Source: Laetmonice hystrix
Lineage: Eukaryota
NCBI GenBank assembly: GCA_965235115.1
Contig: OZ249436.1
Span: forward strand, 744,001 to 808,000
DNA length: 64,000 nucleotides
Reading direction: 5' to 3'
The notes below the pieces were generated by a model, which ran no database searches, was not told the DNA's origin, and worked only from the letters and a program-made list of their open reading frames with translations. Shown here piece after piece: positions 29,354 through 43,913 of this stretch. Every line of letters starts with the position of its first letter. Within the stretch, counting starts at the first letter, position 1. Made by a program: the position numbers and the translations under genes.

Positions 29354-32300
29354 GTGTAGATTGGGTTGTGACCTTGTCTAGGTGTGGGAGTGTCCTTCGT
29401 ACACTGATCGTGTAGATTGGGTTGTGACCTTGTCTAGGTGTGGGAGTGTCCTTCATACACTGATCGTGTAGATTGGGTTGTGACCTTGTCTAGGTGTGGG
29501 AGTGTCCTTCATACACTGATCGTGTAGGGGTTGTGACCTTGTCTAGGTGTGGGAGTGTCCTTCATACACTGATCGTGTAGATTGGGTTGTGACCTTGTCT
29601 AGGTGTGGGAGTGTCCTTCGTACACTGATCGTGTAGATTGTGACCTTGTCTAGGTGTGGGAGTGTCCTTCATACACTGATCGTGTAGATTGTGACCTTGT
29701 CTAGGTGTGGGAGTGTCCTTCATACACTGATCGTGTAGATTGTGACCTTGTCTAGGTGTGGGAGTGTCCTTCATACACTGATCGTGTAGATTGGGTTGTG
29801 ACCTTGTCTAGGTGTGGGAGTGTCCTTCGTACACTGATCGTGTAGATTGGGTTGTGACCTTGTCTAGGTGTGGGAGTGTCCTTCATACACTGATCGTGTA
29901 GATTGTGACCTTGTCTAGGTGTGGGAGTGTCCTTCATACACTGATCGTGTAGATTGGGTTGTGACCTTGTCTAGGTGTGGGAGTGTCCTTCATACACTGA
30001 TCGTGTAGATTGGGTTGTGACCTTGTCTAGGTGTGGGAGTGTCCTTCATACACTGATCGTGTAGATTGTGACCTTGTCTAGGTGTGGGAGTGTCCTTCAT
30101 ACACTGATCGTGTAGATTGGGTTGTGACCTTGTCTAGGTGTGGGAGTGTCCTTCATACACTGATCGCGTAGATTGGGTTGTGACCTTGTCTAGGTGTGGG
30201 AGTGTCCTTCATACACTGATCGCGTAGATTGGGTTGTGACCTTGCCTAGGTGTGGGAGTGTCCTTCATACACTGATCGTGTAGATTGGGTTGTGACCTTG
30301 TCTAGGTGTGGGAGTGTCCTTCGTACACTGATCGTGTAGATTGGGTTGTGACCTTGTCTAGGTGTGGGAGTGTCCTTCATACACTGATCGTGTAGATTGG
30401 GTTGTGACCTTGTCTAGGTGTGGGAGTGTCCTTCATACACTGATCGTGTAGATTGGGTTGTGACCTTGTCTAGGTGTGGGAGTGTCCTTCATACACTGAT
30501 CGTGTAGATTGTGACCTTGTCTAGATGTGGGAGTGTCCTTCATACACTGATCGTGTAGATTGGGTTGTGACCTTGTCTAGGTGTGGGAGTGTCCTTCATA
30601 CACTGATCGTGTAGATTGGGTTGTGACCTTGTCTAGGTGTGGGAGTGTCCTTCATACACTGATCGTGTAGATTGGGTTGTGACCTTGTCTAGGTGTGGGA
30701 GTGTCCTTCATACACTGATCGTGTAGATTGGGTTGTGACCTTGTCTAGGTGTGGGAGTGTCCTTCATACACTGATCGTGTAGATTGGCTTGTGACCTTGT
30801 CTAGGTGTGGGAGTGTCCTTCATACACTGATCGTGTAGATTGGCTTGTGACCTTGTCTAGGTGTGGGAGTGTCCTTCATACACTGATCGTGTAGATTGGC
30901 TTGTGACCTTGTCTAGGTGTGGGAGTGTCCTTCATACACTGATCGTGTAGATTGTGACCTTGTCTAGGTGTGGGAGTGTCCTTCATACACTGATCGTGTA
31001 GATTGTGACCTTGTCTAGGTGTGGGAGTGTCCTTCATACACTGATCGTGTAGATTGGGTTGTGACCTTGTCTAGGTGTGGGAGTGTCCTTCATACACTGA
31101 TCGTGTAGATTGTGACCTTGTCTAGGTGTGGGAGTGTCCTTCATACACTGATCGTGTAGATTGGGTTGTGACCTTGTCTAGGTGTGGGAGTGTCCTTCAT
31201 ACACTGATCGTGTAGATTGGGTTGTGACCTTGGCTAGGTGTGGGAGTGTCCTTCATACACTGATCGTGTAGATTGGGTTGTGACCTTGTCTAGGTGTGGG
31301 AGTGTCCTTCATACACTGATCGTGTAGATTGGGTTGTGACCTTGTGGTGTGGGAGTGTCCTTCATACACTGATCGTGTAGATTGGGTTGTGACCTTGTCT
31401 AGGTGTGGGAGTGTCCTTCATACACTGATCGTGTAGATTGTGACCTTGTCTAGGTGTGGGAGTGTCCTTCATACACTGATCGTGTAGATTGTGACCTTGT
31501 CTAGGTGTGGGAGTGTCCTTCATACACTGATCGTGTAGATTGGGTTGTGACCTTGTCTAGGTGTGGGAGTGTCCTTCATACACTGATCGTGTAGATTGTG
31601 ACCTTGTCTAGGTGTGGGAGTGTCCTTCATACACTGATCGTGTAGATTGGGTTGTGACCTTGTCTAGGTGTGGGAGTGTCCTTCATACACTGATCGTGTA
31701 GATTGGGTTGTGACCTTGTCTAGGTGTGGGAGTGTCCTTCATACACTGATCGTGTAGATTGTGACCTTGTCTAGGTGTGGGAGTGTCCTTCATACACTGA
31801 TCGTGTAGATTGGGTTGTGACCTTGTCTAGGTGTGGGAGTGTCCTTCGTACACTGATCGTGTAGATTGGGTTGTGACCTTGTCTAGGTGTGGGAGTGTCC
31901 TTCATACACTGATCGTGTAGATTGTGACCTTGTCTAGGTGTGGGAGTGTCCTTCGTACACTGATCGTGTAGATTGGGTTGTGACCTTGTCTAGGTGTGGG
32001 AGTGTCCTTCATACACTGATCGTGTAGATTGGGTTGTGACCTTGTCTAGGTGTGGGAGTGTCCTTCATACACTGATCGTGTAGATTGGGTTGTGACCTTG
32101 TCTAGGTGTGGGAGTGTCCTTCATACACTGATCGTGTAGATTGGGTTGTGACCTTGTCTAGGTGTGGGAGTGTCCTTCATACACTGATCGTGTAGATTGG
32201 GTTGTGACCTTGTCTAGGTGTGGGAGTGTCCTTCGTACACTGATCGTGTAGATTGTGACCTTGTCTAGGTGTGGGAGTGTCCTTCATACACTGATCGTGT

Positions 32301-35300
32301 AGATTGGGTTGTGACCTTGTCTAGGTGTGGGAGTGTCCTTCATACACTGATCGTGTAGATTGGGTTGTGACCTTGTCTAGGTGTGGGAGTGTCCTTCATA
32401 CACTGATCGTGTAGATTGGGTTGTGACCTTGTCTAGGTGTGGGAGTGTCCTTCATACACTGATCGTGTAGATTGTGACCTTGTCTAGGTGTGGGAGTGTC
32501 CTTCATACACTGATCGTGTAGATTGGGTTGTGACCTTGTCTAGGTGTGGGAGTGTCCTTCATACACTGATCGTGTAGATTGTGACCTTGTCTAGATGTGG
32601 GAGTGTCCTTCATACACTGATCGTGTAGATTGGGTTGTGACCTTGTCTAGGTGTGGGAGTGTCCTTCGTACACTGATCGTGTAGATTGGGTTGTGACCTT
32701 GTCTAGGTGTGGGAGTGTCCTTCGTACACTGATCGTGTAGATTGGGTTGTGACCTTGTCTAGGTGTGGGAGTGTCCTTCATACACTGATCGCGTAGATTG
32801 GGTTGTGACCTTGTCTAGGTGTGGGAGTGTCCTTCATACACTGATCGTGTAGATTGGGTTGTGACCTTGTCTAGGTGTGGGAGTGTCCTTCATACACTGA
32901 TCGTGTAGATTGTGACCTTGTCTAGGTGTGGGAGTGTCCTTCATACACTGATCGTGTAGATTGTGACCTTGTCTAGGTGTGGGAGTGTCCTTCATACACT
33001 GATCGTGTAGATTGTGACCTTGTCTAGGTGTGGGAGTGTCCTTCATACACTGATCGTGTAGATTGTGACCTTGTCTAGGTGTGGGAGTGTCCTTCATACA
33101 CTGATCGTGTAGATTGGCTTGTGACCTTGTCTAGGTGTGGGAGTGTCCTTCATACACTGATCGTGTAGATTGGCTTGTGACCTTGTCTAGGTGTGGGAGT
33201 GTCCTTCATACACTGATCGTGTAGATTGGCTTGTGACCTTGTCTAGGTGTGGGAGTGTCCTTCATACACTGATCGTGTAGATTGTGACCTTGTCTAGGTG
33301 TGGGAGTGTCCTTCATACACTGATCGTGTAGATTGTGACCTTGTCTAGGTGTGGGAGTGTCCTTCATACACTGATCGTGTAGATTGGGTTGTGACCTTGT
33401 CTAGGTGTGGGAGTGTCCTTCATACACTGATCGTGTAGATTGTGACCTTGTCTAGGTGTGGGAGTGTCCTTCATACACTGATCGTGTAGATTGGGTTGTG
33501 ACCTTGTCTAGGTGTGGGAGTGTCCTTCATACACTGATCGTGTAGATTGGGTTGTGACCTTGGCTAGGTGTGGGAGTGTCCTTCATACACTGATCGTGTA
33601 GATTGGGTTGTGACCTTGTCTAGGTGTGGGAGTGTCCTTCATACACTGATCGTGTAGATTGGGTTGTGACCTTGTGGTGTGGGAGTGTCCTTCATACACT
33701 GATCGTGTAGATTGGGTTGTGACCTTGTCTAGGTGTGGGAGTGTCCTTCATACACTGATCGTGTAGATTGTGACCTTGTCTAGGTGTGGGAGTGTCCTTC
33801 ATACACTGATCGTGTAGATTGTGACCTTGTCTAGGTGTGGGAGTGTCCTTCATACACTGATCGTGTAGATTGGGTTGTGACCTTGTCTAGGTGTGGGAGT
33901 GTCCTTCATACACTGATCGTGTAGATTGTGACCTTGTCTAGGTGTGGGAGTGTCCTTCATACACTGATCGTGTAGATTGGGTTGTGACCTTGTCTAGGTG
34001 TGGGAGTGTCCTTCATACACTGATCGTGTAGATTGGGTTGTGACCTTGTCTAGGTGTGGGAGTGTCCTTCATACACTGATCGTGTAGATTGTGACCTTGT
34101 CTAGGTGTGGGAGTGTCCTTCATACACTGATCGTGTAGATTGGGTTGTGACCTTGTCTAGGTGTGGGAGTGTCCTTCGTACACTGATCGTGTAGATTGGG
34201 TTGTGACCTTGTCTAGGTGTGGGAGTGTCCTTCATACACTGATCGTGTAGATTGTGACCTTGTCTAGGTGTGGGAGTGTCCTTCGTACACTGATCGTGTA
34301 GATTGGGTTGTGACCTTGTCTAGGTGTGGGAGTGTCCTTCATACACTGATCGTGTAGATTGGGTTGTGACCTTGTCTAGGTGTGGGAGTGTCCTTCATAC
34401 ACTGATCGTGTAGATTGGGTTGTGACCTTGTCTAGGTGTGGGAGTGTCCTTCATACACTGATCGTGTAGATTGGGTTGTGACCTTGTCTAGGTGTGGGAG
34501 TGTCCTTCATACACTGATCGTGTAGATTGGGTTGTGACCTTGTCTAGGTGTGGGAGTGTCCTTCGTACACTGATCGTGTAGATTGTGACCTTGTCTAGGT
34601 GTGGGAGTGTCCTTCATACACTGATCGTGTAGATTGGGTTGTGACCTTGTCTAGGTGTGGGAGTGTCCTTCATACACTGATCGTGTAGATTGGGTTGTGA
34701 CCTTGTCTAGGTGTGGGAGTGTCCTTCATACACTGATCGTGTAGATTGGGTTGTGACCTTGTCTAGGTGTGGGAGTGTCCTTCATACACTGATCGTGTAG
34801 ATTGTGACCTTGTCTAGGTGTGGGAGTGTCCTTCATACACTGATCGTGTAGATTGGGTTGTGACCTTGTCTAGGTGTGGGAGTGTCCTTCATACACTGAT
34901 CGTGTAGATTGTGACCTTGTCTAGATGTGGGAGTGTCCTTCATACACTGATCGTGTAGATTGGGTTGTGACCTTGTCTAGGTGTGGGAGTGTCCTTCGTA
35001 CACTGATCGTGTAGATTGGGTTGTGACCTTGTCTAGGTGTGGGAGTGTCCTTCGTACACTGATCGTGTAGATTGGGTTGTGACCTTGTCTAGGTGTGGGA
35101 GTGTCCTTCATACACTGATCGCGTAGATTGGGTTGTGACCTTGTCTAGGTGTGGGAGTGTCCTTCATACACTGATCGTGTAGATTGGGTTGTGACCTTGT
35201 CTAGGTGTGGGAGTGTCCTTCATACACTGATCGTGTAGATTGTGACCTTGTCTAGGTGTGGGAGTGTCCTTCATACACTGATCGTGTAGATTGTGACCTT

Positions 35301-38300
35301 GTCTAGGTGTGGGAGTGTCCTTCATACACTGATCGTGTAGATTGTGACCTTGTCTAGGTGTGGGAGTGTCCTTCATACACTGATCGTGTAGATTGGGTTG
35401 TGACCTTGTCTAGGTGTGGGAGTGTCCTTCATACACTGATCGTGTAGATTGTGACCTTGTCTAGGTGTGGGAGTGTCCTTCATACACTGATCGCGTAGAT
35501 TGGGTTGTGACCTTGTCTAGGTGTGGGAGTGTCCTTCATACACTGATCGTGTAGATTGGGTTGTGACCTTGTCTAGGTGTGGGAGTGTCCTTCATACACT
35601 GATCGTGTAGATTGGGTTTTGACCTTGTCTAGGTGTGGGAGTGTCCTTCGTACACTGATCGTGTAGATTGGGTTGTGACCTTGTCTAGGTGTGGGAGTGT
35701 CCTTCGTACACTGATCGCGTAGATTGGGTTGTGACCTTGTCTAGGTGTGGGAGTGTCCTTCGTACACTGATCGCGTAGATTGGGTTGTGACCTTGTCTAG
35801 GTGTGGGAGTGTCCTTCGTACACTGATCGCGTAGATTGGGTTGTGACCTTGTCTAGGTGTGGGAGTGTCCTTCATACACTGATCGTGTAGATTGGGTTGT
35901 GACCTTGTCTAGGTGTGGGAGTGTCCTTCATACACTGATCGTGTAGATTGGGTTGTGACCTTGTCTAGGTGTGGGAGTGTCCTTCATACACTGATCGTGT
36001 AGATTGTGACCTTGTCTAGGTGTGGGAGTGTCCTTCATACACTGATCGTGTAGATTGTGACCTTGTCTAGGTGTGGGAGTGTCCTTCATACACTGATCGT
36101 GTAGATTGTGACCTTGTCTAGGTGTGGGAGTGTCCTTCATACACTGATCGTGTAGATTGTGACCTTGTCTAGGTGTGGGAGTGTCCTTCATACACTGATC
36201 GTGTAGATTGTGACCTTGTCTAGGTGTGGGAGTGTCCTTCATACACTGATCGCGTAGATTGGGTTGTGACCTTGTCTAGGTGTGGGAGTGTCCTTCATAC
36301 ACTGATCGTGTAGATTGGGTTGTGACCTTGTCTAGGTGTGGGAGTGTCCTTCGTACACTGATCGTGTAGATTGGGTTTTGACCTTGTCTAGGTGTGGGAG
36401 TGTCCTTCGTACACTGATCGTGTAGATTGGGTTGTGACCTTGTCTAGGTGTGGGAGTGTCCTTCGTACACTGATCGCGTAGATTGGGTTGTGACCTTGTG
36501 TAGGTGTGGGAGTGTCCTTCGTACACTGATCGCGTAGATTGGGTTGTGACCTTGTCTAGGTGTGGGAGTGTCCTTCGTACACTGATCGCGTAGATTGGGT
36601 TGTGACCTTGTCTAGGTGTGGGAGTGTCCTTCATACACTGATCGTGTAGATTGGGTTGTGACCTTGTCTAGGTGTGGGAGTGTCCTTCGTACACTGATCG
36701 TGTAGATTGTGACCTTGTCTAGGTGTGGGAGTGTCCTTCATACACTGATCGTGTAGATTGTGACCTTGTCTAGGTGTGGGAGTGTCCTTCATACACTGAT
36801 CGTGTAGATTGGGTTGTGACCTTGTCTAGGTGTGGGAGTGTCCTTCATACACTGATCGTGTAGATTGGGTTGTGACCTTGTCTAGGTGTGGGAGTGTCCT
36901 TCGTACACTGATCGCGTAGATTGGGTTGTGACCTTGTCTAGGTGTGGGAGTGTCCTTCATACACTGATCGTGTAGATTGGGTTGTGACCTTGTCTAGGTG
37001 TGGGAGTGTCCTTCATACACTGATCGTGTAGATTGGGTTGTGACCTTGTCTAGGTGTGGGAGTGTCCTTCATACACTGATCGTGTAGATTGTGACCTTGT
37101 CTAGGTGTGGGAGTGTCCTTCGTACACTGATCGCGTAGATTGGGTTGTGACCTTGTCTAGGTGTGGGAGTGTCCTTCGTACACTGATCGCGTAGATTGGG
37201 TTGTGACCTTGTCTAGGTGTGGGAGTGTCCTTCATACACTGATCGTGTAGATTGGGTTGTGACCTTGTCTAGGTGTGGGAGTGTCCTTCATACACTGATC
37301 GTGTAGATTGTGACCTTGTCTAGGTGTGGGAGTGTCCTTCATACACTGATCGTGTAGATTGGGTTGTGACCTTGTCTAGGTGTGGGAGTGTCCTTCATAC
37401 ACTGATCGTGTAGATTGGGTTGTGACCTTGTCTAGGTGTGGGAGTGTCCTTCATACACTGATCGTGTAGATTGGGTTGTGACCTTGTCTAGGTGTGGGAG
37501 TGTCCTTCATACACTGATCGTGTAGATTGGGTTGTGACCTTGTCTAGGTGTGGGAGTGTCCTTCGTACACTGATCGTGTAGATTGGGTTGTGACCTTGTC
37601 TAGGTGTGGGAGTGTCCTTCATACACTGATCGTGTAGATTGGGTTGTGACCTTGTCTAGGTGTGGGAGTGTCCTTCATACACTGATCGTGTAGATTGTGA
37701 CCTTGTCTAGGTGTGGGAGTGTCCTTCATACACTGATCGTGTAGATTGTGACCTTGTCTAGGTGTGGGAGTGTCCTTCATACACTGATCGTGTAGATTGG
37801 GTTGTGACCTTGTCTAGGTGTGGGAGTGTCCTTCGTACACTGATCGTGTAGATTGGGTTGTGACCTTGTCTAGGTGTGGGAGTGTCCTTCATACACTGAT
37901 CGTGTAGATTGGGTTGTGACCTTGTCTAGGTGTGGGAGTGTCCTTCATACACTGATCGTGTAGATTGGGTTGTGACCTTGGCTAGGTGTGGGAGTGTCCT
38001 TCATACACTGATCGTGTAGATTGGGTTGTGACCTTGTCTAGGTGTGGGAGTGTCCTTCATACACTGATCGTGTAGATTGGGTTGTGACCTTGTCTAGGTG
38101 TGGGAGTGTCCTTCATACACTGATCGTGTAGATTGGGTTGTGACCTTGTCTAGGTGTGGGAGTGTCCTTCATACACTGATCGTGTAGATTGGGTTGTGAC
38201 CTTGTCTAGGTGTGGGAGTGTCCTTCATACACTGATCGTGTAGATTGTGACCTTGTCTAGGTGTGGGAGTGTCCTTCATACACTGATCGCGTAGATTGGG

Positions 38301-41074
38301 TTGTGACCTTGTCTAGGTGTGGGAGTGTCCTTCATACACTGATCGTGTAGATTGGGTTGTGACCTTGTCTAGGTGTGGGAGTGTCCTTCATACACTGATC
38401 GTGTAGATTGGGTTGTGACCTTGTCTAGGTGTGGGAGTGTCCTTCATACACTGATCGTGTAGATTGGTGTGACCTTGTCTAGGTGTGGGAGTGTCCTTCA
38501 TACACTGATCGTGTAGATTGGCTTGTGACCTTGTCTAGGTGTGGGAGTGTCCTTCATACACTGATCGTGTAGATTGTGACCTTGTCTAGGTGTGGGAGTG
38601 TCCTTCATACACTGATCGTGTAGATTGGTGTGACCTTGTCTAGGTGTGGGAGTGTCCTTCATACACTGATCGTGTAGATTGGGTTGTGACCTTGTCTAGG
38701 TGTGGGAGTGTCCTTCATACACTGATCGTGTAGATTGTGACCTTGTCTAGGTGTGGGAGTGTCCTTCGTACACTGATCGTGTAGGGGTTGTGACCTTGTC
38801 TAGGTGTGGGAGTGTCCTTCATACACTGATCGTGTAGATTGGGTTGTGACCTTGTCTAGGTGTGGGAGTGTCCTTCATACACTGATCGTGTAGATTGGGT
38901 TGTGACCTTGTCTAGGTGTGGGAGTGTCCTTCATACACTGATCGTGTAGATTGTGACCTTGTCTAGGTGTGGGAGTGTCCTTCATACACTGATCGTGTAG
39001 ATTGGGTTGTGACCTTGTCTAGGTGTGGGAGTGTCCTTCATACACTGATCGTGTAGATTGGGTTGTGACCTTGTCTAGGTGTGGGAGTGTCCTTCATACA
39101 CTGATCGTGTAGATTGGGTTGTGACCTTGTCTAGGTGTGGGAGTGTCCTTCGTACACTGATCGTGTAGATTGGGTTGTGACCTTGTCTAGGTGTGGGAGT
39201 GTCCTTCGTACACTGATCGTGTAGATTGGGTCGTGACCTTGTCTAGGTGTGGGAGTGTCCTTCATACACTGATCGTGTAGATTGGGTTGTGACCTTGTCT
39301 AGGTGTGGGAGTGTCCTTCATACACTGATCGTGTAGATTGGGTTGTGACCTTGTCTAGGTGTGGGAGTGTCCTTCATACACTGATCGTGTAGATTGGGTT
39401 GTGACCTTGTCTAGGTGTGGGAGTGTCCTTCATACACTGATCGTGTAGATTGGGTTGTGACCTTGTCTAGGTGTGGGAGTGTCCTTCATACACTGATCGT
39501 GTAGATTGTGACCTTGTCTAGGTGTGGGAGTGTCCTTCATACACTGATCGTGTAGATTGTGACCTTGTCTAGGTGTGGGAGTGTCCTTCATACACTGATC
39601 GTGTAGATTGGGTTGTGACCTTGTCTAGGTGTGGGAGTGTCCTTCATACACTGATCGTGTAGATTGGGTTGTGACCTTGTCTAGGTGTGGGAGTGTCCTT
39701 CATACACTGATCGTGTAGATTGTGACCTTGTCTAGGTGTGGGAGTGTCCTTCATACACTGATCGTGTAGATTGGGTTGTGACCTTGTCTAGGTGTGGGAG
39801 TGTCCTTCATACACTGATCGTGTAGATTGGGTTGTGACCTTGTCTAGGTGTGGGAGTGTCCTTCATACACTGATCGTGTAGATTGGGTTGTGACCTTGTC
39901 TAGGTGTGGGAGTGTCCTTCATACACTGATCGTGTAGATTGTGACCTTGTCTAGGTGTGGGAGTGTCCTTCATACACTGATCGTGTAGATTGGGTTGTGA
40001 CCTTGTCTAGGTGTGGGAGTGTCCTTCATACACTGATCGTGTAGATTGGGTTGTGACCTTGTCTAGGTGTGGGAGTGTCCTTCGTACACTGATCGCGTAG
40101 ATTGGGTTGTGACCTTGTCTAGGTGTGGGAGTGTCCTTCGTACACTGATCGTGTAGATTGGGTTGTGACCTTGTCTAGGTGTGGGAGTGTCCTTCATACA
40201 CTGATCGTGTAGATTGGGTTGTGACCTTGTCTAGGTGTGGGAGTGTCCTTCATACACTGATCGTGTAGATTGGGTTGTGACCTTGTCTAGGTGTGGGAGT
40301 GTCCTTCATACACTGATCGTGTAGATTGTGACCTTGTCTAGGTGTGGGAGTGTCCTTCATACACTGATCGTGTAGATTGGGTTGTGACCTTGTCTGGGTG
40401 TGGGAGTGTCCTTCATACACTGGTCGTGTAGATTGGGTTGTGACCTTGTCTAGGTGTGGGAGTGTCCTTCATACACTGATCGTGTAGATTGGGTTGTGAC
40501 CTTGTCTAGGTGTGGGAGTGTCCTTCGTACACTGATCGTGTAGATTGGGTTGTGACCTTGTGGTGTGGGAGTGTCCTTCATACACTGATCGTGTAGATTG
40601 GGTTGTGACCTTGTCTAGGTGTGGGAGTGTCCTTCATACACTGATCGTGTAGATTGGGTTGTGACCTTGTCTAGGTGTGGGAGTGTCCTTCGTACACTGA
40701 TCGTGTAGATTGGGTTGTGACCTTGTCTAGGTGTGGGAGTGTCCTTCGTACACTGATCGTGTAGATTGGGTTGTGACCTTGTCTAGGTGTGGGAGTGTCC
40801 TTCATACACTGATCGTGTAGATTGTGACCTTGTCTAGGTGTGGGAGTGTCCTTCATACACTGATCGTGTAGATTGGGTTGTGACCTTGTCTAGGTGTGGG
40901 AGTGTCCTTCATACACTGATCGTGTAGATTGTGACCTTGTCTAGGTGTGGGAGTGTCCTTCATACACTGATCGTGTAGATTGTGACCTTGTCTAGGTGTG
41001 GGAGTGTCCTTCATACACTGATCGTGTAGATTGTGACCTTGTCTAGGTGTGGGAGTGTCCTTCATACACTGATC
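29354..41074. repeat. 11.7-kb 56/51-bp minisatellite, ~215 copies (intron 4)
   Basis: gtgtagattg[ggttg]tgaccttgtctaggtgtgggagtgtccttcatacactgatc. Confidence 0.98.
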
Positions 41075-41445
41075 CCTTGTAGACCGAATGAAGAAGCAGC
41101 TACTGGTTTCTTTTGTCATAATTACAGAGTTTGAAATTGTGAGTTTGAAGAAATGGTTCTTCATGTTTGAATCGTTGACCTGACGTGCTGAATCAGGCCA
41201 ATCGTTCACGTTTGTAAAGGTCAATACAACACCCGTGACCGTGTTTAATGACGTCTCCGTCGTCTCGGAACTCGGCTTGGTGAAAATGATCAAGATTATT
41301 TTAAACTGCCAGAAGAACTGAGCACTATGTTGCTGTTTCTTTCTTCTCCTCCTTCTCCTTCGCCTTCTTCCCATCTCCTCCTCCATGCCGCCTCTCTCCC
41401 CTTGTCCCTTCCCGTCTCCCTCCTCGTGTCCCTGTCCTGACGCCC

Positions 41446-41477
<32 letters not shown>

Positions 41478-41821
41478 CTCTTCCTTCTTCATCCTCCCGC
41501 CTTTTATTCTCCTCCTTTAAAGGGAGGGTAAACACACACGGCAAATAAGGTTTCGTGGACCAAGTGGAACACCAGCATTTACCTCAGGGCAATAAATGCC
41601 ACAATTACGTTGTTTGAATGAAGTAATTAACGTGTAATTGCCCGATGTGTGACGCCGTTGGTTCTGACCTTGACCTGCTTATGTGTTCATCAGAGCCGAA
41701 TGCTGCACACCGCGGCGTATTGCGTAACATTACGTGTTACTCTGCTCACAGACCTTGTCTACACGATGTTTGGAGTCCCAACGTTTGTAAACGTCCGAGG
41801 TAATGAACACACAAGCAGAGC

Positions 41822-43176
41822 CTTGGTGCCTGTATGAAACGTTCAGACCGTGTCCTGTCACCAGTCTTGGTGCCTGTACGAAACGTTCAGACCGGGTCCT
41901 GTCACCAGTCTTGGTGCCTGTACGAAACGTTCAGACTGTGTCCTGTCACCAGTCTTGGTGCCTGTACGAAACGTTCAGACCGGGTCCTGTCACCAGTCTT
42001 GGTGCCTGTACGAAACGTTCAGACCGTGTCCTGTCACCAGTCTTGGTGCCTGTACGAAACGTTCAGACCGTGTCCTGTCACCAGTCTTGGTGCCTGTACG
42101 AAACGTTCAGACCGTGTCCTGTCACCAGTCTTGGTGCCTGTACGAAACGTTCACACTGTGTCCTGTCACCAGTCTTGGTGCCTGTACGAAACGTTCAGAC
42201 CGTGTCCTGTCACCAGTCTTGGTGCCTGTACGAAACGTTCACACTGTGTCCTGTCACCAGTCTTGGTGCCTGTACGAAACGTTCAGACCGTGGCCTGTCA
42301 CCAGTCTTGGTGCCTGTACGAAACGTTCAGACCGTGTCCTGTCACCAGTCTTGGTGCCTGTACGAAACGTTCAGACCGTGTCCTGTCACCAGTCTTGGTG
42401 CCTGTACGAAACGTTCAGACCGTGTCCTGTCACCAGTCTTGGTGCCTGTACGAAACGTTCACACTGTGTCCTGTCACCAGTCTTGGTGCCTGTACGAAAC
42501 GTTCAGACCGTGTCCTGTCACCAGTCTTGGTGCCTGTACGAAACGTTCACACTGTGTCCTGTCACCAGTCTTGGTGCCTGTACGAAACGTTCAGACCGGT
42601 CCTGTCACCAGTCTTGGTGCCTGTACGAAACGTTCAGACCGTGTCCTGTCACCAGTCTTGGTGTCTGTACGAAACGTTCAGACCGTGTCCTGTCACCAGT
42701 CTTGGTGTCTGTACGAAACGTTCAGACCGTGTCCTGTCACCAGTCTTGGTGCCTGTACGAAACGTTCACACTGTGTCCTGTCACCAGTCTTGGTGCCTGT
42801 ACGAAACGTTCAGACCGTGTCCTGTCACCAGTCTTGGTGCCTGTACGAAACGTTCAGACCGTGTCCTGTCACCAGTCTTGGTGCCTGTACGAAACGTTCA
42901 GACTGTGTCCTGTCACCAGTCTTGGTGCCTGTACGAAACGTTCAGACCGTGTCCTGTCACCAGTCTTGGTGTCTGTACGAAACGTTCACACTGTGTCCTG
43001 TCACCAGTCTTGGTGCCTGTACGAAACGTTCACACTGTGTCCTGTCACCAGTCTTGGTGCCTGTACGAAACGTTCAGACCGTGTCCTGTCACCAGTCTTG
43101 GTGCCTGTACGAAACGTTCAGACCGTGTCCTGTCACCAGTCTTGGTGCCTGTACGAAACGTTCAGACCGGGTCCTG
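41822..43176. repeat. 44-bp tandem array, ~31 copies
   Basis: cttggtgcctgtacgaaacgttcagaccgtgtcctgtcaccagt. Confidence 0.96.
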
Positions 43177-43228
43177 CACAATATAAACATACCTCAAGAC
43201 ATGTCAACACCCATTGTCCACCTCCGTC

Positions 43229-43618
43229 TGTGACGTGAATCCTGAGGTCGTGTGACGTGAATCCTGAGGTCGTGTGACGTGAATCCTGAGGTCGTGTGAC
43301 GTGAATCCTGAGGTCGTGTGACGTGAATCCTGAGGTCGTGTGACGTGAATCCTGAGGTCGTGTGACCTGAATCCTGAGGTCGTGTGACCTGAATCCTGAG
43401 GTCGTGTGACCTGAATCCTGAGGTCGTGTGACCTGAATCCTGAGGTCGTGTGACCTGAATCCTCAGGTCGTGTGACCTGAATCCTCAGGTCGTGTGACCT
43501 GAATCCTGTGACCTGAATCCTGAGGTCGTGTGACCTGAATCCTGAGATCGTGTGGCCTGAATCCTCAGGTCGTGTGACCTGAATCCTCAGGTCGTGTGAC
43601 CTGAATCCTCAGGTCGTG
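43229..43618. repeat. 22-bp tandem array, ~18 copies
   Basis: gtgtgac(g/c)tgaatcct(g/c)aggtc. Confidence 0.95.
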
Positions 43619-43913
43619 GTTGAAGGAAGCTGAGTCACCTTGACCATCTTCGTTGTTGATCATGTTTAAGAGATTTCAGAGAAACGTGAAGTTGACTCCT
43701 CCGTTTATAAGTTCCGTGTTCTCGTAATCTCCATGCCTGACAGGACATGCAGCACCACTTCGCGGAATCCAACACCGTTAATTCAGAAAGCTCTCTGGGG
43801 GAAAGAGGAAAATTGACGCCAAAGGGGGGGGGGGGGCTCTCCCTGGATGCGCTACTGACACAATCATTTGCCATGTAGGCCTAGTATTATGTAGAAACAG
43901 GTATCGCTGTGTT

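Noticed and set aside
29354..41074. ccttgtctag|gtgtgg in each unit as a recursive splice site
   Set aside because: Short pyrimidine tract and poor donor (GTGTGG); AGGT is common by chance and the array is not tied to an exon
41803..43238. Long repetitive ORFs here and at 3141-4362, 5096-5615, 7525-8485, 16269-17200, 45550-47199, 47921-48489, 58532-59716
   Set aside because: Each coincides with a tandem array and is open in several frames or strands, as expected for non-coding repeats
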